A stretch of 64,000 bases of DNA, from positions 71,690 to 135,689 of the forward strand of contig LPNZ01009878.1 in the NCBI GenBank assembly GCA_001655205.1. Reading direction: 5' to 3'. Made by a program: the position numbers and the translations under genes. Shown here one piece after another: positions 1 through 12,564 of the stretch. The stretch comes from Lenisia limosa (taxonomy: Eukaryota; Protista; Breviatea). The notes below the pieces were generated by a model. That model ran no database searches and had not been told where the DNA came from. It worked only from the letters and a program-made list of their open reading frames with translations. The stretch's first letter is position 1; each line of letters starts with the position of its first letter.

Positions 1-204
1 TCATTTGACCGACAATTATATGAGGTTCCATGTGCTTCCATCCCACATTGTGGCGGCGACGCTCATCAAAGTTGCGTTGTCGCATGGGGGCTTCATTAAA
101 GTGCTCCCGAGGCTCCCTGAACATTTTAGCTGTCTGAAAAGCTGCAAAAAAGATTCCAGTGACCCTCCCCCCCCCCACACAAAAAAAAGAGTAAAAAAAC
201 ATAC

Positions 205-980
205 CTTGACAGCAAATCTCGAGGCACATTAGGGATGAGTTCCCTGCAAAAGAATAATCTCGAGGCACATTAGGGATTAGGGATGAGTTCCCCGCAAAAG
301 ACTCAAACAAATCTCACAATGATTCTATCTTAGACACGTCCATTAAAACTACAGAGGGAGATTTATTGTATTGCAAGAACTATTATTTCTACCTTTCCCT
401 TTGCAGGAACTACTATTTAATACAAATCAAAGTATCTACCTTGGTAAATCTCTAGGTATAGGCATGTCTCTGGGCATATCCCTAAAGAGTTAAACCATCA
501 TCGTCATTGATTGTCTTTAAGCCACACTTGTACATGCAGAGGTTTCCAGGAAGGCTTGACTTGCATCAAGAATATTAATGGTATACAGAGAAAGTTTGGA
601 ATTTCAATACCAAATCTCCCCGGGAAATTGCTCAAAACATACCTTGGCATATCTCTGGGCATATCTCTAGGTATAGTATCTCTCGGCATATCCCTAAAGA
701 GCATGATTACTGGTCACAGTAGAGGCCTAATGGAACGAAAACAAAAACTGGTATCCCATTGAAAGTTAAATCACATTTTGCCTGAAATCAGATCCAGAGT
801 TTCACCAAAACAGTTCTACTGCTGAGGCCAATACTTAACGTATAAAGAATATCGATGATCTATTACACAGTTCTTTGCTGAGAGATACTCTATAAAACAT
901 ACCTTGGTAAATCTCTTGGTACGGGTATATCTCTGGGCATATCTCTAGGCATGTCTCTAGGCATATCTCTGGGCATATCC
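205..980 (-). CDS. Four symmetric exons (903-980, 643-693, 440-481, 205-243) encoding a PRDM/PRDL repeat tract of an uncharacterised gene that runs off the left edge
   Basis: On the minus strand each block has an upstream YAG acceptor and a downstream AAG|GT donor. Lengths are 78, 51, 42 and 39 nt, all multiples of 3 and phase 2-2. They translate as DMPRDMPRDMPRDMPRDIPVPRDLPR, DMPRDTIPRDMPRDMPR, DMPRDMPIPRDLPR and ELIPNVPRDLLSR. Confidence 0.65.
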
Positions 981-1179
981 CTGCTTGTAAGAAAACGATT
1001 ACAATCATAATATGCCATAATACATATGTATACTAGTAGTATGATATCCAAAACGATAATATAGCAGATGAAAATTAGAATTATAGGATCACATGTTGCA
1101 TTACTCCAATCTTTCTTGGACCAGGGCTAATATGAGGGCTAATATGAGGGATGACTTAAAGCCCAGCATACTGATTCCC

Positions 1180-3845
1180 TAAATCACGTGAGATGATTCG
1201 AGAGAGAGAATCTCGTTCATCAGGCCTAAAATCGTAAAGAGCACCGCACAAAATGATCCAAAAAAAGAGTCCACCCACCTAATTGGATGGATGCTTGGTT
1301 TGCCGCCCTCAGTCCTGGAAAGTCGCAAATGGAAACCATTCGCCCAGTCAGTGAAGGACCTGCCTCGTCAGACTTGCCCCAAGGCTTTTTCAAATGAAAT
1401 GAGGCAAATTATCTTGACAATGCTCCCACATCATACCGTAAGTGACTATTGACACTGTCAGTCCATGCCTCAATATCCGTCATCATCTCATTGCGATCGC
1501 TGGCCAGGGTTTTTACGACGTCCTCCTAAACTGTTACTTGAATAAATTACTCACCCATGACAAGGATATACACTCTTACGTGATCAAGTAACAACATAAG
1601 AGTATTAACTAGAGAGGCGACAAAACCCCTCACCTTGAGCTCTTCAAACTCCTCCTTGAACTTTGAAGACTTCTCAGCCAAGGCGTCCTCGATGACCGAA
1701 TTGGAAAGGGCTACTGGGTCCTAAATGAAAGTAACTCTCTTTCATTCCTTGAACAAATCATCATGTCAAATAGGTTGCACGAGGACGCTTACTTTGCTAT
1801 GAGACGCCCTTAGTTTCTTGAGGCTGTTTTGGATCTTGGGAAGTAGGTCCCTACATGAGTCATGTCATGTCCAAAGGCAGTGAGAAGCACAGTAATTGAC
1901 GCACCTGTGCTGTGCCACTTCAGTGTGAAGCATTGTGATGTCGGAGATGAGCCGTTGAAACTTCTTGGCTGTCTGCTTCTCATGAAGTTCCAACCTGGTC
2001 TATAGTGTAAAGACTGAGACAAGATAAGACACATCTTTCACTAGCCCGGCAAAATGAAAGCACCAACCTGAAGTTTCATGATGAAGCGCGCAGAGCGGGG
2101 GTCATTGTCCTGACTTCTCTGTTTGATTGCGTTCAGCCTCGCTTGTCTGTCTTTCGTGGTACCTGCTAATTTTTGAGAGCAAAAACATTAAATAAAATCT
2201 TGGGAAACAAATTAATACATTGGGATACGGGGGGGTATAGCCTGACCAAAGCTGGTGGCGTCCAACCTTTTTGCGCTTCAGAGGAGACCGATGGGGCTTG
2301 ATTTCTGAAATATGTATAAAAAAAAAACTTCTTTCAGGAAAAGAAACCAGGTAGTTGTAAAAAACTGGAGTGGGCAAAAATAATATATGGCAAACCACCT
2401 CACGTTTTTGAGGGGGTACTGACAGGTGTAGAGGGGGCGGGAGCGGACTAAACCGTCAGAGAAGACTCTCGGGATAATCATTAACAGTACCTTGGAGGGT
2501 GTGGAGGGGGCTTCGGAAGGCGGAATGTACACTTCTGACGGACTATCTGGCGGATCGTTTCCCTCTGCCAACTGTGAGGGGTTTTTCCAGACAAACAATT
2601 GCATATTAGGTTCACTTGGTATCATGCCGGCCTCGAACTCACCCGTTGGCCATGAAACCGGGTTCTTAAGAGGGTTTGGCGGGAGTGGAGGGATATCAGC
2701 CTGAGTGGTTCAATACACTTGGACTGATATGAGGAATTCTAACATAGCAAGTGCGCATCTTGTGGATATGGTCAAATGAATTTAAATCCCAAACAATATT
2801 AAATTCTTCTTGTTGAAATACTCTACAAAGTTGATCAAAGCCATCAAATCATATTGCAAAGAACATCTACTATGATGAAAGAGGGGCGATAGAAGGTTGA
2901 GTTCGTCCAAAAATAATATTGACCTTGGGGAATAAAGTAGCCATTTCGGCCAGGTCCATTTCATCCATTTCTTCCGGGTTCTCAAGGTCCATGGACTCTT
3001 CGGGGGGTGTTGGCGGCCGAACTATTGGAGGTTTCGATCTGGGGGGGTAAAAAAAGAAAACTATGCAAAGGGAAGGTCAAATTTGATTTCTATCGTACGA
3101 TGGACTAGGTGGAAGGGGAGGGTCGTTGGCGTGATACTCGACATCCATATGTTGAATGTCATTGATGGTCTTTGCTGCCTCCACAGGAGTCGTGTATGAT
3201 CCTGAGTGCGATGAATGCGGCATTTCAGTTCCTTTGTACAGAGAAACCGCACAAAGAAGAAAAGCAAAAAAAATAACCTACTTACCTTGTTGGGGCTGAG
3301 ACTGGGCAATCATGTGTGAGTACAATGAGCTCTGATACGTGCTCCCAATTGGCCTGATGGGATTATCAGAAACGGGCAAAGGGATGTCTTGTGCCCGGAA
3401 GTGGAGTGCACGCATTTAAACAGTAAACTACACACACAATATGTGATCGGTGACAAAGAAATCATTTGAGTTTTCCTAATCCCTGCACCAAACCGTTCAT
3501 CTCGATAAGAGTATGTACTTTGTCGGTAGCGATAGTCTTCAAAACTGAACAATGAGATGATCGCGGCTTTCCCCATCCTTGTTTACCCAATATGAAGAAT
3601 ATCCCCCCACCCTTACAAGCAAGGCACCTCACACCCTTACACATGTATGTAGAGACGAGAAATAAAAACAGATAATACTTGGACAAAGGATATAGTAAAA
3701 GAGTAATTCACACACTCCGAATTATTTGCTTTACAACACTGTGCACACAGCTTTCTGCGTCCCCAGCATACATTCATCAGCAAGATATCCCCCTCCCCCA
3801 CCCTTGCTGTACCGGCGGTTGGCCGTAGTTTGGTGGCCAAGACAT
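1180..3845 (-). CDS. Uncharacterised multi-exon protein with a Pro/Gln-rich disordered N-terminus and a coiled-coil region; may continue into the PRDM exons
   Basis: GT-AG bounded exons translate as MSWPPNYGQPPVQQG, TRLELHEKQTAKKFQRLISDITMLHTEVAQH, DPVALSNSVIEDALAEKSSKFKEEFEELK and EDVVKTLASDRNEMMTDIEAWTDSVNSHL. The 3' end is not resolved. Confidence 0.55.
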
Positions 3846-4398
3846 GAACCTGCAGCATAAGATGATGAACACAAGGACATAATGATGACTTGACACAAGC
3901 CAAAATTGACATAGTCATAAGAGAAATCTTATAAAGAGTAGGTTTATATTCAAAGCAAATTTATTGACTTTGAAATGCAGAATAGTTCAGAAGAAGAAAA
4001 TCCTACTGCTAACCCTCAGGAACGAAAACGCCAAAAGTTTCCCACACAAAAACCTCAAAACACGAAATTAACCAGAAATTAACCCGATATTATATTGAGA
4101 TATTCATGAATTTAAGAGCAGAAGAGGCGTAGAAAGTGCTCTAGTATGATGGAGGGGTATTGGACTCAGATTTTAGAAATGTTGTCTTCTACCAATCTAT
4201 CAATCTATCTATCAAGTGTGTCTGTATGTCCATGTGTCTATGTCTACCATAAAGAGGTTGAAAACTCCTCTGTTTGGTCAAAAGTGAACCATATAAACCC
4301 CCGGCGTATATTTAAAGCGGAATTGCAGAGTTGGTTTGCGGATTAAAGAGGTGTAGGTATATATAGATATATAGAGCTGATATAGAGTCAACAGCAAA

Positions 4399-7300
4399 AT
4401 GACTACGACAGAGGAAGAGGGTCCATTGACAAAAGTCGAGGGACAGGGTATCCCTCTCTCGGAACTAAAAAACTGGCAAGACAATTCAAACAGTTTCCCA
4501 GACTTTGATGACTCATTGGACGATGATCCACTTCAGACTGAGTTCCGCTTCCCTTTCAATGAAGAGATTAACCGAAAAATTAGCCTCTGGTGAGTTTTCT
4601 TTCCACCTCCTTCCTCTCTAAGCAGTTTAAATTTGTAAATAATCGTTTAGGGACGGCGATATCACAAAACTCAGCGTCGATGCCATTACCTGCAGTACAA
4701 ATGAATCCCTGACAGATAAACAGAACCTCTCTTCTGCTGTGGGTAATTATATTTGATTCTTTTTTAGAATTCAAATTACTTGTTCTGAAATATGAATGGG
4801 TTTTTTGGATAATATTTGACATGTGTTAACATATTTTTGTTGGTGTTTCATCTCTTCTGCTCTTCTAATAATCATAAACTGCACAAAGAACGAACTTGAC
4901 AGAAAACCATTACGATATAGATTTTCGAAGCGGCGGGTCCGGACCTTGCAGTGGAGTGCAAGAAGATTGGCGGCTGCAAAACAGGCGAGGCTGTGTCTTC
5001 ANNNNNNNNNNNNNNNNNNNNNNNNNNNNNNNNNNNNNNNNNNNNNNNNNNNNNNNNNNNNNNNNNNNNNNNNNNNNNNNNNNNNNNNNNNNNNNNNNNN
5101 NNNNNNNNNNNNNNNNNNNNNNNNNNNNNNAAGGCACTCAGTAGCAGGGAACCCTTGACTATGTAGAAAAGTAATCCACACGGTGGGGCCTCGTTTCAGC
5201 GTCAAATATCGACTCGCTGCCGAAAACGCTCTCAACTCCTGCTACAGAACATGCCTTCAGGTGGGGGCTTGTTATTTTTCGATGGAAACGTTTCGTCGTA
5301 TACAACACGGCATTATATATATGCTATGTATATAGTATATACTATACGTCATACTATATGATATGCTATGTATTATGATTAAACACTAGGTAAGAAACTC
5401 TATTTACTTATTCTTAGACGCTTCATGAGGACAAACTCCGAACCATCGCGTTCCTTCCCATCCATTCCGAACTCAGAAGCTATCCTGCTGAAGAAGGATG
5501 CCATATTGCCTTACGTAAGTCTTTTCGGAAGAATGACATTGTGATATGTGTTTGGTTCTCTTTTAGTGACTTCATTTGAGTCATTTTTCACCTTCCTTTG
5601 TTCTTCATTTGTTTTATTACTCTTCTTTGCAACACACACTTCTGTGTTTTAGCCGATTTATGAATGCAAACGGTCCTTTTACAACCAGGAACCATCCGAA
5701 GATACATGGATGCGCATGGGGAGGACATTGATATGGTTGTTATTGCGTTCAACGGCCCTGTTGAAGAGGAGCTCTATTCAAATGCTGCAAGGTGGGAGGC
5801 ACTGGAAAGCAGCATGTTTTTGACACTTCTTTGAGCTCACTAATGCATGACCAGGCTGTACTTCCCCCGAAACTGCGCCCAGGCCCGTATCGCTGAAAAG
5901 CATCTCCCGCAGGACACGGGTAGGAGACCTCCAATCTCTGCATCTTTTTTTATCGTCTTACACTACCATTGAGTTGACTTACCAAATAAGGCAACAGTGA
6001 GGGTCGTACTGTCGTAGAGGAACGAGCAGTTCGCATTGGCATGCCAGAGCAACTAAGAACCAACGAATCGAGTATCAGTGTATGGGGGATTCTTGATGTC
6101 GTCGTTCGGGGGGATATTCTTATTACCACGTGGTGGTGTTGACCGTTTCGATTTTACTGTTCATTGTGTATGTGGTTAAATGCTAGGTTTTTTTTTTTGA
6201 CTGTACTTTATTCTCAGCTAACAGATATACTATGTATATTATAGTATCATATCATATATTAATATGTAAGGCTTCCCTACGGTCCCAAATAGACCGAATT
6301 TCTCGATAAATCCTCGATAAATATCGATATTTAACCGGTCTTTTTCGGACCGTAGCGAAGTCCTAATCATATGATAACTATAGTATGTGTGTGTATGTAT
6401 AACGTCCTAAGATAACACGCAATTATGAGGGTAACAGCTTTCACGAGTTGACATTTTACCCCCCGCCCCCACCTCCATTTTATTTTGAGGATGTAGGATC
6501 CACTGATATTTGGAACAATGGCCACTTTAGAAGTGACTAATACCTATATTACATGCACACCAAGAAGTTTCCTTATATACTGCCCCCAGGTTGTCTCCAA
6601 AGTTGACATCAAGAGAGCTAGAGCCTTCACCTCTATGCAGCCTGAGAAAGTTCTTGCAGTTTGGAGGGCGGGGTGTATGTATTTGCCTGACATGATGTAA
6701 TGGTGTAGAATGAAGAGGAGAAGCAGAAAGAGAGAGCTGTTGAGCTTGAAGATGACCAATTGGAGGCCGCCATCAGAAGGTGAACTGCCTGCAAGCTTAC
6801 AACCCCATAGGATCTAAAATGATTGCTTTTCTCCTCAAGCTTTTGAATAAATTATTATTCAAAAAATAAAGTTTTCAAATGGATTGATAGTGCTGAAAAG
6901 TTTGACAATCCAGCCAAGCCAAGGAAACAGACCTCTCTGACATGGAGGCACTGAACGTTATTACTAAAGAGGGTCGTGGTGTTGACGGCAGACAAATTGT
7001 AGGTTCCAATACTCAGATGCTACTTCTGATTTCCCCTGAGTATATTCCCCTGTCTTTCATCCTTATTGTTTTTAGTATGCAGTTTGGATCGCCAGGCTGC
7101 CTGCTTCTAAGATCAATATGGCGAAGTTCCGTCTTTACTCCATTAACTACTTCATCGCTGCTGGTGTTGAAGAATACTGTGGGGGGAGAGACTGATTTGC
7201 ATTTAACTGTATTATTTTGACTAAGCTTACCGACTTAGCGGTTGTATATGTGCACTCAGCAATGCAAACGTCGAACGAGCCATCAACAGCCTGGCTCAAG

Positions 7301-7860
7301 GAAACCTACAAAATGATGCCTCGAAAGTCTGCACGGTGCTTAAAGTCTTACCCTCTAGACCAAGAAAGCAGCTCCATGAAGTCTTTGTTGTCCACTCTAC
7401 TTGGTGGTTCCGAACCGGTTCGTAGCCCTGATTTTTTTGGTGCTAAGTCTGACAATCTAGTGGCTTGGTTCGCGGCTGCGTTCACCTCCAAGAAGTTTTG
7501 GGCAAAAGTCAATTACGTTGGCAAGTTTGCGGAGGGGGAGCCTGTGCATGAGCTTGATAAATTGTTCGATAGTACCCTACCGAAGTCCTGACCATCTAGG
7601 CTCTACGATCTGTTCTCAAGGATTCCTGGCGATGCCATAGCCATTCCCAACTATGTGGTGGCTCATGATAAGTTTGGGGGTCTTGATTCTGATCGGCGCA
7701 TCCCGTTGGCCTCACATTGCAGGTCTCTCCACGGAACATACACTCACATTGCAGGTCTCTTCACGGAACATACACTGCCAAAAATGGCAGCATCGCCCAC
7801 CCTTCAATCCCCACAACCGCCGCCCCTGATACTAACGACCGTGTTTACAGCGGCCTTTAG
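4399..7860 (+). CDS. GDAP2: GDAP2-like protein (macro domain + CRAL-TRIO)
   Basis: Macro domain exons: KISLWDGDITKLSVDAITCSTNESLTDK, IFEAAGPDLAVECKKIGGCKTGEA, KVIHTVGPRFSVKYRLAAENALNSCYRTCLQ and LYFPR...DTGNSEGRTVVEERAVRI. CRAL-TRIO exons: DLSDMEALNVITKEGRGVDGRQIV, VVYVHSAMQTSNEPSTAWLKETYKMM and KKFWAKVNYV. These match recalled GDAP2 motifs in order. An N gap interrupts 5002-5130. Confidence 0.92.
6267..6365. mobile_element. MITE-like element with 25 bp terminal inverted repeats in a GDAP2 intron
   Basis: 6272-6296 (cttccctacggtcccaaatagaccg) matches the reverse complement of 6336-6360 at 22 of 25 positions. TA dinucleotides at 6267-6268 and 6364-6365 could be a target-site duplication. Only one copy is in this window. 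Confidence 0.45.
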
Positions 7861-8204
7861 ATCCCTGCTTGGGTAGGCCTGTTTTGAAATAAAAAATTTG
7901 ATCAACTTTGTGTCCAATAATTATTTTCAAAATCTCTCTTCGTCTCCTTTGATCATTTCAGGATGCCTTGGAGGTTCCCTTTGCTCTGCACCATTTTTGT
8001 ACTTTGTCGATTCTACTGATCTAATAAAATGTTTCCAGCTTTTCAAAGTTCTGCTACTTGTTTAACTGAAACCTGAGACATATCTTCATCTTTCAACCAA
8101 AAATAAGATAACTCTTCCTTGGAGTATCTGGGAGTTGGGGAAGCCTGATGGGTTATGAATAATCTTCAAAGTTACAGCATATAGGCCATAGTGTTTACTT
8201 TCCT

Positions 8205-11200
8205 TCAGTTCACGGGAGCAAAACTGGACTCTCGCACTTCCGACAGAATCGCTGAGGCGCGCTTCAATGTTTTCAGTGTTTCTTTACAGAGCTGAAGGAT
8301 AAGGAAAAGGAGGTGAGCATTGTACCTTTCTCCGAGCAACAACAGCGGGGTCCTCAGCCATGAGTGTGTCAAAGAGGTTGTCTGCAGAGTTAAAATGGAC
8401 AACATGTGGGAGCTGAGAGGAGCTTGAAATCATACCTTTATAGAGCTCCGAAAGGAGGGAGTGCTGCAAGTTCTCTTTGAGATGTGTCACAAGGAAGAGC
8501 ATGATACATTTAGGGATGGCATCCTAAAAGGTGATACTTTGATTGTTGACAAAGCATCATTTGTTGCGTTAATGAAGGTACATTATATCAATTATAACTA
8601 TGAGATATCAGCCTCCATCAAACCTGGACATTTTTCTTCACAATTGCAAAATACGAATCCAGAAGAGTTCCTAAGTTGTAAGGCAAAACTTCAATAAAAA
8701 GAACCAGAATCCATTGTAAAACCTAATAGTTTGAGAATAATATTTCATTGAGTACAAAAATACAAGACAAAAAGATTGGGCATAATGTTAGGAATATATA
8801 CCGGTACATGATTAAATTGACATACTGATAAGAGAGACTTCGACAGTTTCGTTTCCGGAAAGCGTTTCAGGAGCATGTAGAATCGTAGGAACCTGACATT
8901 AAGTTCAGATCAGAGCATTGATTGGCCAAGACAGTCCAAGGAAATCAATCCAAACCTTGTCCATGTTATCGGCTTGAGGTGTGGGAGGTTCTTCCTCCTT
9001 GTTCGGTGCCTTGAATCCAAAGAGGCTCTGGAATATACTGCTTCTACAACATCAAAACAGCGACGCACAAGAGACTATGGTAAAGATAGGAAACCAAACT
9101 CACTTGGCTGGAGAAGTTTGCTTAATCAATTTCGTCTTCTTTTCCTAAAAAGATCAGAGCAGTCAAAGGACCTACACCCTGTTGCTGCTGCTGCATTTCG
9201 GCCATAGCTTCCACTGCGAGCTTCTCCATTGCATCGGCAATAGCCCTGCTTCCTGCACTATTAGCTACCGTATGGGTTTTGTGCATGTTAGTTTAACAAC
9301 TATGATTCACAATCCTCCTTAAATATCTTGAAGACCATTCACACAGAAAGTGATTTCATTTTTTAAAAAATCTCACACTTGCCCGCTCTCATGCAATCAA
9401 ACAAACACTATGGATGAATCCTCAAACCGCCCGTGAAGTCTGGATGATTGGTATTGAAGTAGGTCATTTCCATCAAGATGATGTTACTGATCATTTCAGA
9501 TGTTGGTTTGAGCCTGCTATGCAACAATGCACCAGTGACTTCGTGTAACTTCTCACGGAGATTTGTGAACTGTCTCAATTCCTGAAACGTCAAACAGAAT
9601 ATGCCATGTGACTAATAGTGAACCCTCAAACAGAATATGCCATGTGACTAATAGTGAACCCTCAAACTGGGGTGTTTGTGTTCTGGCTCAATCTAAGCAA
9701 CTCCTCAAGGGCCAGCTCTGCACACTGAAGGGAAGGCTCTTTCAGAAGGGCTATGAGGTAAGGAAATAGGAGGCTTTTCTGTATGGAATTACATTACAAC
9801 GCAAAGAGAAGTTCCAAAAAGTGAATTTAAGACGCACCAATCTGTCTTTTGGCGAGAAGCTCAAAGGCAACTTCAGGAACGAAAATGCAGGGCTTCGGAC
9901 CGGTGGCGTTCTTGACCGCAGTTCGGATGTCACTGAGGTCAAATTTTGCAAATTGGGTGAGTGTGGTTCAGGCAATAAAGATTATTAGTTATTACAAAGA
10001 CTTCATATGAAATTTTATGCTACGATGCTTACACCGGAATCCCACTTTGTACAAAGACCCTCGAAAGCAGAGATCTTTGCCACTCTCTTGAAGAATAGTT
10101 CATTGAAAATGTAGTTCAGCCTGGCTCCTCCTTGCCTGAAACATCAGCAGAATCCAAAAGGCACGAAAGGTCCCGATACCCACAATTCCTTGGTACTCAG
10201 GTCAGGGTTTCGACCGTCAATGGCATCACGGAAGTCTGACGAGTACTTTGTCAGAATTTGAAGTAACAGTGCCCCCTATCAGGTGAAAACAAGACGAAAG
10301 AACTGGCTTCCCGCCTCTCAACAAACCTTGCCCGATTCTGATTCGAAAAAAGGAGACGCGTAGCTTGACAGCTCAGTCTGAGTTTCGAGAGTCATTCGGT
10401 TCACTTTGTCACGGACCTCGGGGAGGCAGGACCGAATGTGGTGCATCAGAAGCTGAGCAATGAGTTTTTGATGTGACAAGCCCCTCAAATATTATTGTCA
10501 TTAACTCGTGGAATACCTTGGACAAAGTTGACGCCAGGTAATGAGTGCCACATCTCGAGGCAATGTTGCGGTACGCACTGTGGGTACTGAAGAATTCCCT
10601 CTCCGATTTTTGGGCCTAAACGTTTATGATGGAGAAGGTTCAATAAAAAAGAAATCAATCATGTCAACTCTCATACCGCCCGTATGCTTTTGTTGTTGTT
10701 AATGTCACATTGCGACCTATTGACGACACCAATAAAACCAAGTTGCAACGGGACAACTTTTCCAAGAAGAACTTCCAGAGCTGGAGAGTAAAACACGCTA
10801 CAGGAAAATCTGTTCAGAATATTTCCTCATGATAAAAAGCTGTAACGAGGAGGAAAATAGGGAAGCATCAGAAAATATGATCAGCATAGTATAATAATCT
10901 TGATAGCATCTCATGGGATGTAATCATTTTAAGAAAAACCCTCACCAGTCTTTATCCATGAGATCAACACCCTCACCATCAGTTCCTTTATCCATGAGAT
11001 CAACCTTGGTGAGAACTCCAATCGTTCGCATGCCTAAATGAGTAAGTAGAAGAATCCTTGACAGTATTTTATGATTCACATCCACCATTTTACCAGTGTA
11101 AAACCCCCACCATCAGCATCAACCGTCTTGGCAAGCGACAACGCATCACTGTTCGCTATGTCGGTATTGGCAGAGGTAACGGCCAGAATGATGCATTTTG

Positions 11201-12206
11201 GGTTTGCAATAAACTTCAAGATCATGCGCGTGATTTGTTTCTCAATATCAGTTGGCTGATCACCCACTGGGACCTATTGATGTGAAAGGGCGTTAAGATT
11301 TTCAGAGTAGCGGTGCTATGATGTCCCATAAACCACAACTTATAACAAGATAAAAGACAAATGTTCAGTTCAATGTGAGTGTGAGTGTGTCAGGGTATTG
11401 AGACTAAATTACGAAGAGACCCTCACGGCAACTGTCTTTGGCCTACTTTCGTGATTCCTGGTAAATCAACGAGTGTGAGATTCAAGACGAATGGGGAGCG
11501 GATTTTCAGATAAATGGCCGTGTCGGAGATGCCCTTTGAGGATCCTGAAACGGTTAGTTCTATCGCCGCAACACACGATATGGATGAGATTATATATAAA
11601 AAATCAAACAAACATTGAACGTAACGACAATACCCTTCCCTCTTGTTTTTATTGCTATACCCTATCTTTCAAGGTAAACGAAAAGGAGTGCTATTATGAG
11701 AGAATTAACAAAAAAAAAACAGTTGAGTTTTATTCGCACCAGCAATCTCAGCTGTTCGATTGTCAATCTCTTTTCTGATTTCTGTAAAATCACGGAACTG
11801 CTTGTTTGGAAGATGCGAAAACTCCCCCCATTCTGTGTCCTCTAAATCCATGAGTTCAGTTCAGTCTGAAGGTGCAATATGGTAAACGGTATAAGCCGTT
11901 ATGCATAAATTAACCCCTTTAACCTCCAGGATGTCGTGATTTATCTGTCCATGGCAGGTTAATGAGCTGTAGGACAAGCGGGCAACGCGTAACGATACCG
12001 GTTCCTCTAGGAAGAAAGTCCCTTCCAACAAAAGCTTCCAATACAGATGATTTTCCACTACTTTGAGACCCAACAACGGCAATTTGAGGAAGATCAATAG
12101 GTTCACTATTTAATGTCGAGAAGACCTCCTGTTAAATGAATTATATAGACTTGAAAATCGTATTACCAACCTGAAGCTTGTTAACCACCGGGATTAGAGT
12201 CTCCAT
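8205..12206 (-). CDS. Dynamin-related GTPase, Drp1/Dnm1- or Vps1-like
   Basis: GTPase domain: [71 protein letters not shown] and [11 protein letters not shown]. Middle domain: [16 protein letters not shown] and [12 protein letters not shown] ends [24 protein letters not shown] saw no PH or PRD domain. Drp1 versus Vps1 is not resolved by eye. Confidence 0.95.
9590..9667. repeat. Tandem duplication, 36 bp x 2, in a dynamin intron
   Basis: tcaaacagaatatgccatgtgactaatagtgaaccc occurs twice, followed by tcaaac. Confidence 0.95.
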
Positions 12207-12564
12207 ACTCCACTCTTATTTTTGTGAAAAGATTTACTCCATTAAATACACTCTAACTCTGTGCTTCTTAATCAAGGAGATATAGTTAGCTATTATTATA
12301 TTCAATATTATTATTTAAAATTTTTGTGTTATGCGATATATAAGATCAAATGATCATATAACTGAATGGGAAAACAGGAAAAATGGAAAATCCAGGGAAA
12401 TTCTCGGGAAATTCTTAATAACTTTATATAATCTAATAATAATTAATAATAGTTTAGTTACACATATTAATTTAAAATTTGAAAAAATGTCCAGGAGTGA
12501 CCGGTGAAGAGTGCTTCCTGGCTTCCCGCCTTTTTTTCTGTAGACCTTTCTAGAGGTCTTCACA

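Noticed and set aside
4823-5235. ORFs containing X runs here and at the other N gaps
   Set aside because: They are artefacts of scaffold gaps. Several gaps abut G/C homopolymers, consistent with sequencing dropout.
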